From an uncultured Gammaproteobacteria bacterium (lineage in GTDB: Bacteria > Pseudomonadota > Gammaproteobacteria > SURF-13): 64,000 bases of DNA. Below, piece after piece: positions 56,589 through 64,000 of the stretch. Where the stretch lies: contig CAMTVY010000011.1 of the NCBI GenBank assembly GCA_947085325.1, positions 14,629-78,628 on the forward strand, in the 5' to 3' direction. Position numbers and translations under genes: made by a program. The notes below the pieces were generated by a model. That model saw only the letters and a program-made list of their open reading frames with translations. It did no database searches and was not told the DNA's origin. The stretch's first letter is position 1. Every line of letters starts with the position of its first letter.

Positions 56589-58973
56589 ATGAAACTCAGC
56601 GAACACTGGTTGCGTGAGTGGGTAAATCCGCCGCTCTCCACTGCCGAACTGGCCGAGCAACTAACGCTCGCCGGGCTGGAGGTGGAGTCCGTCACGCCCG
56701 TTGCGCCGGTCTCCGCAGGCGTGGTGGTGGGCGAGGTGCTCAGCGTAGCGGCGCATCCGAAGGCCGCCAAGCTACAGATTTGCGCAGTGGATATCGGCAC
56801 CGGCACACCGCTCAGCATTGTGTGCGGCGCGGCCAATGTGCGCGTGGGCCTGCGCGTACCGGTGGCGATGGTAGGCGCGGAACTGCCCGGCGGGAAACTG
56901 ATTCAACAGGCGCAGCTGCGCGGCGTCGATTCGTACGGCATGCTGTGTTCGGCCAGCGAGCTGGGGCTGGCCGAGGCCTCCGAAGGTCTGCTGGCGTTAC
57001 CGCTGGACACGCGGCTGGGCGAGGACGTGTATCTCTACCTGCGGCTCGATGACGTAAGCATCGACGTCAGCGTCACGCCCAACCGCGGCGACTGCCTGAG
57101 CGTGGCTGGCATCGCGCGCGAGGTTGCCGCGCTCAATCGGCTCACGCTTAACGCCCCCGCCACCGACGCCGCCGTTGCCGTTGCCGCCACTATTACCGAC
57201 CATATCGACGTCATTATCGACGCGCCTGACGACTGCCCGCGTTATGCCGGTCGGGTGTTGCGCGGCATCGACCGCACCGCCCCCACGCCGCTGTGGATGC
57301 AGGAGCGGTTGCGGCGCAGCGGCATGCGCAGCATCAACGCCGTGGTCGACGTCACCAATTATGTACTGCTGGAGCTCGGCCAACCCATGCACGCCTTCGA
57401 CCTCACCCGTCTGCGCGGCAACATTCATGTGCGGCGCGCACGGACAGGCGAATCCATCACCCTGCTGGACGGGCAACAGATCACGCTGCACGACAACACC
57501 CTGGTCATCGCCGATGAGGCCCGGGTTCAGGCCATCGCGGGCATCATGGGCGGACTGGACGCCGCCATCGACGCGAGCAGCGACACCCTGTTTCTGGAAA
57601 GCGCCTATTTCACCCCGCAGGCCGTCGCGGGACGCGCACGCGCCTATGGCCTGCGCACCGAGTCGTCGCACCGCTTCGAGCGCGGGGTAGACCCTGGCCT
57701 GCAACGCCGCGCCCTGGAGCGCGCCACCACGCTGCTGCTGGAGATCACCGGCGGCATGGCTGGCCCGGTGATTGAAGCCGGTGCGGCACAGCAGGCCGAA
57801 CCTGCCGCCATCACCCTGCGGGCCAAGCGACTACAGCAGGTGCTGGGCCTCGCACTGCCGGCAGAGGACGTCACGCGCCTGCTCACCCGACTGGAGATGC
57901 AGGTCAGCACCACAGCGGACGGCTGGCGTGTCACGCCGCCGCCCTACCGCTTCGACATCGCGCTTGAGGTCGATCTCATCGAAGAAGTGGCGCGGTTGCA
58001 TGGCTACCAGCGCCTGCCCGCACGCGCACATCATGCCGCGCTGGTAATGCGTCCTGAACCTGAAGCCAGATCCAAGCTGTCGCGCCTGCGCGATGTATTG
58101 GTCGACCGTGGCTATCAGGAGATCGTGACCTACAGCTTTGTGGCACCCGAGCTGCAACGCCAGCTAGACCCGGCCACCCCGCCCCTGCCCTTGGCCAACC
58201 CCATCTCCACCGAGATGTCAGTCATGCGCACCACGCTCTGGTGCGGCCTGTTGAACGTGTTGCGCTACAACCTGAACCGCCAGCACAGCCGCCAGCGGCT
58301 ATTCGAGTCAGGGCTTAGATTTATCCCTCAAGGCAATGAAGTTACACAAGAAAGAACCATCGCTGGTATCCTCACGGGCAGCCCCGTCCCCGAGCAATGG
58401 GCGCAGCCGCAACAGGCCGTCGATTTCTATGACCTCAAGGGTGACGTTGAAGCACTGCTGGCGCTGAGCGGCGACCTCGGCGCCTACCGCTTCGAGACCG
58501 CAGTACACCCTGCCCTGCACCCGGGCCAGAGCGCGCGCATCTGGCGCAACGGGCAGGCGGCGGGCTGGCTCGGGGCGCTGCACCCCGCCGTGGCGCGCGC
58601 GCTGGGGCTGGAGCAGGCCGCCTATGTGTTTGAGCTGAGCCTCGACCTGCTGGAACAGGGCCGCTTGCCCGCCTTCCGCGAGGTATCGAAGTTCCCGGCC
58701 ATACGGCGCGACATCGCCATCGTGGTGGAGGAAGCCGTCACTGCGACCCAGGTGCAGGCCTGTGCGGCCAGTGCCGCACCGGAGCTGGTCCGACACATCC
58801 AGTTGTTTGACGTTTATCGCGGTAAAGGTATTGATTCAGGTAGAAAAAGTCTTGCTTTGGGCTTGACCTTGCAGGCGTCTTCGCGCACTCTAACGGACGA
58901 GGAAGTCACCACCACCCTGGACCACGTGGTGCGCACCCTACAACAACAACTAGGTGCAACACTAAGAGATTAA
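56589..58973 (+). CDS. pheT: phenylalanine--tRNA ligase beta subunit
   Basis: 794 aa. MKLSEHWLREWVNPPLSTAELAEQLTLAGLEVE; tRNA-binding, B3/4, B5 and FDX-ACB domain order. Confidence 0.97.
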   Translation: MKLSEHWLREWVNPPLSTAELAEQLTLAGLEVESVTPVAPVSAGVVVGEVLSVAAHPKAAKLQICAVDIGTGTPLSIVCGAANVRVGLRVPVAMVGAELPGGKLIQQAQLRGVDSYGMLCSASELGLAEASEGLLALPLDTRLGEDVYLYLRLDDVSIDVSVTPNRGDCLSVAGIAREVAALNRLTLNAPATDAAVAVAATITDHIDVIIDAPDDCPRYAGRVLRGIDRTAPTPLWMQERLRRSGMRSINAVVDVTNYVLLELGQPMHAFDLTRLRGNIHVRRARTGESITLLDGQQITLHDNTLVIADEARVQAIAGIMGGLDAAIDASSDTLFLESAYFTPQAVAGRARAYGLRTESSHRFERGVDPGLQRRALERATTLLLEITGGMAGPVIEAGAAQQAEPAAITLRAKRLQQVLGLALPAEDVTRLLTRLEMQVSTTADGWRVTPPPYRFDIALEVDLIEEVARLHGYQRLPARAHHAALVMRPEPEARSKLSRLRDVLVDRGYQEIVTYSFVAPELQRQLDPATPPLPLANPISTEMSVMRTTLWCGLLNVLRYNLNRQHSRQRLFESGLRFIPQGNEVTQERTIAGILTGSPVPEQWAQPQQAVDFYDLKGDVEALLALSGDLGAYRFETAVHPALHPGQSARIWRNGQAAGWLGALHPAVARALGLEQAAYVFELSLDLLEQGRLPAFREVSKFPAIRRDIAIVVEEAVTATQVQACAASAAPELVRHIQLFDVYRGKGIDSGRKSLALGLTLQASSRTLTDEEVTTTLDHVVRTLQQQLGATLRD

Positions 58974-58979
58974 AAACCG

Positions 58980-59279
58980 ATGGCCCTGACCAAGGTCGAA
59001 ATGACCAACAAACTGTTCGAAGAGCTCGGGCTCAACAAGCGCGAAGCCAAGGAAATCGTCGAGATGTTTTTTGAGGAAATCCGCAGCGCGTTGGAACAAG
59101 GCGATCTGGTCAAGCTTTCCGGCTTTGGCAACTTCGTGCTGCGCAAAAAAAACCAGCGTCCGGGGCGCAACCCGAAAACCGGCAAGGAAATCCCCATCAC
59201 TGCCCGGCGCGTGGTCACCTTCCGCTCGGGGCAGAAACTGAAGGCGCGGGTCGAGGCCTATGCTCGAAGCAAGTCATAA
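58980..59279 (+). CDS. ihfA: integration host factor subunit alpha
   Basis: 99 aa. [34 protein letters not shown] ... GRNPKTG. Confidence 0.97.
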   Translation: MALTKVEMTNKLFEELGLNKREAKEIVEMFFEEIRSALEQGDLVKLSGFGNFVLRKKNQRPGRNPKTGKEIPITARRVVTFRSGQKLKARVEAYARSKS

Positions 59280-59655
59280 CAACGAACTGCCGGTCATCCC
59301 CGGCAAGCGCTACTTCACCATTGGCGAGGTCAGCGAGCTGTGCGCGGTCAAACCGCATGTACTGCGCTACTGGGAGCAGGAGTTTCCGCAGCTCAAGCCC
59401 ATCAAGCGCCGCGGCAACCGGCGTTACTACCAGCGCCATGACGTATTGCTGATCCGGCAGATACGCAGCCTTCTGTACGAACACGGCTTCACCATCAGCG
59501 GCGCGCGTCTGCGCCTCACAGGCAACAGCAGCGAAGCCCTGGATATTGGCTTGGGCCTTGGGCAGAAGACAGCAAAGCCCCAAAACAAGCAGCTCCTGCT
59601 CCAGTTACGCACTGAACTGGAAGACATCATGAAGCTGATCGACACCCTGAAATAG
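59260..59655 (+). CDS. MerR-family transcriptional regulator
   Basis: 131 aa. HTH region [25 protein letters not shown]. Occupies the conserved position downstream of ihfA. Confidence 0.88.
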   Translation: MLEASHNNELPVIPGKRYFTIGEVSELCAVKPHVLRYWEQEFPQLKPIKRRGNRRYYQRHDVLLIRQIRSLLYEHGFTISGARLRLTGNSSEALDIGLGLGQKTAKPQNKQLLLQLRTELEDIMKLIDTLK

Positions 59656-59725
59656 CGCGGCCTCATTCCGGCGCGGCGCATTCTGCGGTATCATGTGCAC
59701 CCCGGCATTTATTCCCGCCACAACT

Positions 59726-59875
59726 GGGCATCTCTAAAAATGATGGATTTTGATTCAAGACAAGGCGCAGCGAAGGCGAGCAGCGCAGCATACACGTCAG
59801 CATGTGAGCAGCCCAATAGAAAACCAGCGAAGCTGCAACAGTATTGGAGCAAAAGACGCATTTTGAGAGGTACCC
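59726..59875 (+). mobile_element. miniature TIR-bounded repeat element, copy 6 (150 bp, divergent centre)
   Basis: GGGCATCTCTAAAAATGATGGATTTTGATTCAAGACAAGG ... GGAGCAAAAGACGCATTTTGAGAGGTACCC. The centre carries CCAATAGAAAACCAGCGA in place of GGAGACA. Confidence 0.8.
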
Positions 59876-59912
59876 AGTAGCAGTAACCTGCCTTGCAGCA
59901 AATCAACACACA

Positions 59913-59991
<79 letters not shown>

Positions 59992-60063
59992 CATCCCTGT
60001 TGGGACGAAAGGATTCCCGGCCTGTCGCTCCAAGCGCCAGTCGTTCGCCGCTTCACGGCTCAC

Positions 60064-60080
60064 CCTCTCGCCCCGACCAA
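60064..60080 (+). repeat. orphan duplicate of the tRNA-Pro 3' end (att-like)
   Basis: CCTCTCGCCCCGACCAA at 60064-60080 is identical to 59974-59990 (tRNA-Pro T-arm/acceptor 3' strand plus 1 nt), exactly 90 nt downstream. Confidence 0.85.
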
Positions 60081-60230
60081 CACAGTTCTAAGTGGCATTT
60101 TCTCTGCCATCCATGGCGTAACCTCTGTTTATCAACTGCCCCCAGCCTCGCCATCCTTGGCGAGTCGTTCGCCGCTATTCGCGGCTCACCCAGCCGTATT
60201 GCTGGGGTTTTGTGCCATGATTAGGCAAAG

Positions 60231-61493
60231 GTGCCTGGATCGCCATTGAACTACGCCAAAAACATTCTGCTGTCGCGAGACCACCGCACCCGTGTGTGCT
60301 TCCGGGTCGTGTTCGCCGACGGATCGAGTTACCAGAACTGTACCGGCACACCGGAAGCCACAATCATCTTCAAGAACAGATGGGCGGAATGGAACGCCCT
60401 GCTCTTCGGCCATGTGGGCCTGATGGATGCCTACTCCGCATGCGACATCGATGTCGAAGGCAGTCTGCCACTGGCGCTGCGCGCCGGGCTGGATATGACG
60501 CTGGACAAGAAGCCTAACCCGCTGGTCGCCCTCCGCAACCGCTGGCATGAGTTTCGGTTCAGCAACAAGTCACACGCCCAGGCCAAGGCCAATGCCCGCT
60601 TTCACTATGGCCTGGGCACTGATTTTTACCGCGCCTGGCTCGATCTGCCGACCATGATGTATACCTGCGCCCACTGGAAAGAAGGCACGCGCGACCTGGA
60701 ACAGGCGCAGCGCAACAAGATGGAACACGTGTGCAGGAAGATCCGCCTCAAACCGGGCGAAACCGTGGTCGACATCGGCTGCGGCTGGGGCGGCTTCATG
60801 TTTCACGCGTGGGAAAACCACCGCGCGCCCGTCACCGGCATCAACACCACCACGGAGCAAGTCACCGCGCTGCAGGAGGAAATCGACCGGCGCGGCCTGC
60901 AAGGCCAGCTTGCCGTGCGCGAACAGGATTTCCGCGCGATACAGGGCCAGTTCGACAAGTGTGTTTCCATCGGGGTGCTGGAGCACGCGGGACGTGACCA
61001 ACTGCGCGAGGTGATCCGCGCCCATGCCGACTGCCTCAAACCCGGCGGGCTGGGCGTGCTGCATTTCATCGGCCACGTAGGCCGCAGCGAGACCGAGTTC
61101 TACATCCGAAAGCACATCTTCCCCGGCGGCTGGATACCCAGCCTGGCCGATGCGATCTGCGCCATGGAAGACTGCGGCCTGGAAGTCATGGACGTGGAGA
61201 ATCTGCGCCGCCACTACGCGCTGACTCTTGATTGCTGGGCGGAGCGCTTCGACCGGAACTGGGAGCACATCCATCAACTGAACCCGGAGAAATTCAACGA
61301 GTATTTCCGCCGTAAGTGGCGCACCTACCTCTATGCCTGCGCAGAGATGTTCCGCTCTCCCCACAGCCGCACACACTTGTTCCAGATCACCTTCAGCAAG
61401 GGCAACATCGCAGACAATTACCCGATGAGCAGGGCTTTCTTATACGATGCTGGCGAGGACATCCATGGAAAGACACCTCATGGCGACGTATGA
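60231..61493 (+). CDS. cyclopropane-fatty-acyl-phospholipid synthase family SAM-dependent methyltransferase
   Basis: 420 aa with a GTG start. Collinear with E. coli Cfa: HYGLGTDFYRAWLD..MMYTCAHW, SAM motif VVDIGCGWGG, SIGVLEHAG, YIRKHIFPGGWIPS. Confidence 0.88.
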   Translation: MPGSPLNYAKNILLSRDHRTRVCFRVVFADGSSYQNCTGTPEATIIFKNRWAEWNALLFGHVGLMDAYSACDIDVEGSLPLALRAGLDMTLDKKPNPLVALRNRWHEFRFSNKSHAQAKANARFHYGLGTDFYRAWLDLPTMMYTCAHWKEGTRDLEQAQRNKMEHVCRKIRLKPGETVVDIGCGWGGFMFHAWENHRAPVTGINTTTEQVTALQEEIDRRGLQGQLAVREQDFRAIQGQFDKCVSIGVLEHAGRDQLREVIRAHADCLKPGGLGVLHFIGHVGRSETEFYIRKHIFPGGWIPSLADAICAMEDCGLEVMDVENLRRHYALTLDCWAERFDRNWEHIHQLNPEKFNEYFRRKWRTYLYACAEMFRSPHSRTHLFQITFSKGNIADNYPMSRAFLYDAGEDIHGKTPHGDV

Positions 61494-62814
61494 AGAAAAA
61501 AAGCAGCGGCTCCTGGCCGAACTGCGGGCCAGTGAAGGCATGGCCGTCGTCCTCGCCAAGAACACCTCCAACCTGTTCCGCGACCGCAATAACGCGCCCA
61601 GGCGCAAACTCGACGTCAGAAATTTCAACAATGTGCTGCGGGTGGATGCCGCCAACGGCTGGGTAGAAGCCGAGGGCATGACCACCTACGAGAAGCTGGT
61701 CGACGCCATGCTGGCGCACGGCGTAATGCCTGCGGTGGTGCCCCAACTCAAATCCATCACCCTCGGCGGCGCGGCGGCGGGCATCGGCATCGAGGCCTCC
61801 TCCTTCAAATACGGCCTGGTGCACGAAACCATATTGGAAATGGAAATCCTGCTGCCGGACGGCCGCATCGTACTGTGCACACCGGACAACGAACACAAAG
61901 ACCTCTTCTTCGGTTTCCCGAATTCCTACGGCACACTGGGCTATGTTCTGAAGCTGAAGGCCAAGGCCATACCTGTGAAGAAGTTTGTCCAGCTTCAGCA
62001 CATCCGCCACACCAATCCCGCGGAGTATTTCGACGATCTCGCGCAACGCTGCAATCAAGACGTGGATTTTGTCGATGGCGTGGTCTTCGGGCGCAACGAG
62101 ATGGTCATCACCCTCGGCAGATTTGTGGATAACGCGCCCTTTGTGAGCGACTACACCTACAAAAATATCTATTACCGCTCGCTCCGGGAAAGAACGACGG
62201 ACTACCTCACGACACATGATTACATCTGGCGCTGGGACACCGACTGGTTCTGGTGCTCCAGAAATTTTCTCGTCCAGAATCCCATCATCCGGCGCATCGT
62301 CGGCAAGTCCCTCCTGAACTCCGTCACCTACAGCAAGATCATGCGCTGGAACAGCAAGTGGAAACTCACCCAACGACTCGACCGGCTCATGGGGCGGCAC
62401 AGCGAATCCGTCATTCAGGACGTAGACATCCCCATCGCCAACGCACCGCAATTTCTCGATTTCTTTCAACGCGAGATCGGCATCCTGCCCATCTGGCTCT
62501 GCCCCATACATCCCTATCAGCCCAACGTACAGTTCGACCTGTTCCGCATGGATCCCAACACGCTCTACGTGAACTTCGGCTTCTGGGATGTCGTCAAGGG
62601 CCGGGAGCAGCATCCCAAGGGCTACTACAACCGCAAAATCGAACGCAAAGTCGCCGAACTGGGCGGCATCAAATCGCTTTACTCGGACTCCTACTATGAG
62701 ACCGAGGAATTCTGGAATATTTACAACAAGCCGGCGTACACTCAGCTAAAGCACAAATATGACCCGCAGAGTACCTTCAAGGATTTATATGAAAAATGCG
62801 TGTTGCGGCAGTGA
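61480..62814 (+). CDS. FAD-binding (PCMH-type) oxidoreductase, DHCR24/BfaA-like
   Basis: ORF 61447..62814. The ATG at 61480 overlaps the methyltransferase stop by 14 nt. FAD-binding motifs ITLGGAAAGIGIEASSFKYG and ILLPDGRIV...DLFFGFPNSYGTLG. Confidence 0.8.
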   Translation: MATYEEKKQRLLAELRASEGMAVVLAKNTSNLFRDRNNAPRRKLDVRNFNNVLRVDAANGWVEAEGMTTYEKLVDAMLAHGVMPAVVPQLKSITLGGAAAGIGIEASSFKYGLVHETILEMEILLPDGRIVLCTPDNEHKDLFFGFPNSYGTLGYVLKLKAKAIPVKKFVQLQHIRHTNPAEYFDDLAQRCNQDVDFVDGVVFGRNEMVITLGRFVDNAPFVSDYTYKNIYYRSLRERTTDYLTTHDYIWRWDTDWFWCSRNFLVQNPIIRRIVGKSLLNSVTYSKIMRWNSKWKLTQRLDRLMGRHSESVIQDVDIPIANAPQFLDFFQREIGILPIWLCPIHPYQPNVQFDLFRMDPNTLYVNFGFWDVVKGREQHPKGYYNRKIERKVAELGGIKSLYSDSYYETEEFWNIYNKPAYTQLKHKYDPQSTFKDLYEKCVLRQ

Positions 62815-62908
62815 GTCGATGACCTGTCACTTTACTGAAAAAGTTTTGCAATGATTGTGCAAGTGGCTCCTAATTCTTGTTAGACATACCTATCAGAGAG
62901 AAACACAG

Positions 62909-63787
62909 ATGCCTCTAGAACTGCGAAAAGCAACCCCAACACGACTCCGATCCCTCGGGCTAGATGAGCGGTGGCTCCAAGATCGCATTGAAGAGGATCC
63001 TTCGCTACTCGGTCTGGGTGACCTTAATATTGTTCGTCGGGAAAAATCTCAGCCGACTGGTGGGCGCATTGACTTTCTCATGTATGATCCCGACCGCGAA
63101 TTACGGTACGAAGTCGAAATCATGCTAGGTGTTCTGGACGAGAGTCATATTATCCGAACCATCGAGTATTGGGACATCGAACGGCAACGTTATCCAGCGT
63201 ATGACCACCGTGCTGTCATAGTAGCCGAGGAGATTACGTCCCGCTTCTTCAACGTAATCCGACTTCTTAACCGCGCAGTTCCGCTGGTTGCTCTTCAACT
63301 AAATGCATTCTCAATAGACAACTCAGTTGTACTCCACTTCACGAAGGTGCTCGATGTATTCGGGGAAGCCGAGGACGTAGAGGAGGCTGGCGGGGAGCAG
63401 GTTGATCGTCGCTACTGGGAACGACGGACGGGTGCAACTTCGCTCGCCGTTCTGGATGCAGTTGTAGCCATGACCGAGAAGGAAATCGGCCCCGCTCGGG
63501 TTACCTACAACAAGAACCACATTGCGCTCGGAACATCAGGCTTTAACTTTTGCTGGTTTCATCCGCGGAAGTTAACACCTCACTGCCATATGCGGCTCCG
63601 AACAGGAAGCGAAGAGCGGGAAGAAATTCTCCGGCAGCTCGAAGATGCCGGGGTACCGGCAACGCCATTTCAAAGTGAGCTCATTACTATAAAGATGTCT
63701 CGCAAGCACCTAGACGACAGCCGAGAAGCCGTGCTAGCTGCATTGCGTCATTGCGAGCAACGCTCACGCTCCTCACAAGATGGTTGA
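62909..63787 (+). CDS. hypothetical protein with N-terminal NucS/PD-(D/E)xK-like nuclease-fold motif
   Basis: ORF 62855..63787, with an ATG at 62909 (MPLELRK). GGRIDFLMYD...YEVEIMLG resembles the D...E-x-K core of NucS-like endonucleases, but Met replaces the Lys. Lower G+C than the core genes. Confidence 0.6.
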   Translation: MPLELRKATPTRLRSLGLDERWLQDRIEEDPSLLGLGDLNIVRREKSQPTGGRIDFLMYDPDRELRYEVEIMLGVLDESHIIRTIEYWDIERQRYPAYDHRAVIVAEEITSRFFNVIRLLNRAVPLVALQLNAFSIDNSVVLHFTKVLDVFGEAEDVEEAGGEQVDRRYWERRTGATSLAVLDAVVAMTEKEIGPARVTYNKNHIALGTSGFNFCWFHPRKLTPHCHMRLRTGSEEREEILRQLEDAGVPATPFQSELITIKMSRKHLDDSREAVLAALRHCEQRSRSSQDG

Positions 63788-63812
63788 CTGACTGGCCCGA
63801 GAGATAGATAGT

Positions 63813-63839
63813 AAAAAATCCCCGCGCAAATTTGCGCCG
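63813..63839 (-). terminator. candidate rho-independent terminator oriented on the minus strand
   Basis: Perfect palindrome GCGCAAATTTGCGC (63824-63837) flanked on the left by AAAAAA (63813-63818), i.e. a hairpin followed by a U-run when read on the minus strand. Confidence 0.4.
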
Positions 63840-63883
63840 GTGGCGGGCGCCGCTCAACGTGCGTCCCGTTAGGTGCTATAAGT

Positions 63884-63967
63884 CCAAACGGGTCAGTCCA
63901 AACGCCAAACGGGTCAAGTTCATCGCCAAACGGGTCAAGTTCATCGCCAAACGGGTCAAGTTCATTG
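63884..63967 (+). repeat. tandem 21-bp direct repeats (iteron-like)
   Basis: CCAAACGGGTCAAGTTCATCG occurs three times head-to-tail (63905-63925, 63926-63946, 63947-63967; the last copy has one change). Degenerate partial units CCAAACGGGTCAGT and CCAAACG precede them. Confidence 0.9.
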
Positions 63968-64000
63968 TATGACTGTCTGAGGAAAGGTGTGTGATAGCAC

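Noticed and set aside
59656-59725. GCGCGGC...GCGCGGC after the merR-like gene as a terminator hairpin.
   Set aside because: The two 7-mers are direct repeats, not inverted, so no stem can form and there is no U-tract.
63884-63967. Possible CRISPR array at the right edge.
   Set aside because: The 21-bp units are directly contiguous with no spacers, and no cas genes or leader are present. This is a tandem-repeat (iteron) array, not CRISPR.

Overview
This is a 64-kb chromosomal window from a high-G+C proteobacterium, with gene order typical of gamma/beta-proteobacteria. About 50 protein genes are present and almost all are recognisable housekeeping genes. On the minus strand: rpsA(partial)-cmk-aroA-tyrA-hisC-pheA-serA-serC-gyrA, mtnA, leuA-pssA-ilvC-ilvH-ilvI, tal, an alpha-glucan phosphorylase, cysS and gltX. 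On the plus strand: an OmpA-like gene, mtaD-ubiG-gph-rmuC, a MIF-like tautomerase, icd, ppiA-lpxH-prmB, glcDEF plus a class-V aminotransferase, uvrB, and thrS-infC-rpmI-rplT-pheS-pheT-ihfA-merR. There are five tRNA genes: Ala-GGC, Glu-UUC, Asn-GUU, Val-GAC and Pro-GGG. Accessory content consists of four parts: (1) an Mrr + Fic islet of lower G+C after rmuC; (2) a CBS / PolX / AmmeMemoRadiSam (amrB-amrA-amrS) segment after tRNA-Glu; (3) a CFA-synthase-like methyltransferase plus FAD oxidoreductase pair after tRNA-Pro; (4) a low-G+C PD-(D/E)xK-like gene followed by 21-bp tandem iterons at the right edge. I found no CRISPR array, rRNA, transposase or integrase, and no clear-cut novel multi-gene protein system. 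The most unusual signal is non-coding. There are three or four families of structured intergenic repeats. The first is a 140-192 bp TIR-bounded miniature element in six copies; it remodels gene ends, and two copies carry a nested 53-nt module. The second is a set of hairpins built from inverted octamer arrays. The third is a two-hairpin element whose two copies differ by compensatory stem substitutions. The last is a 27-bp perfect palindrome. In addition, the 3' ends of tRNA-Asn and tRNA-Pro are duplicated (att-like), and the thrS leader is rich in anticodon-like heptamers. All functional calls rest on my own reading of the translated ORFs and motifs. No database search was run.
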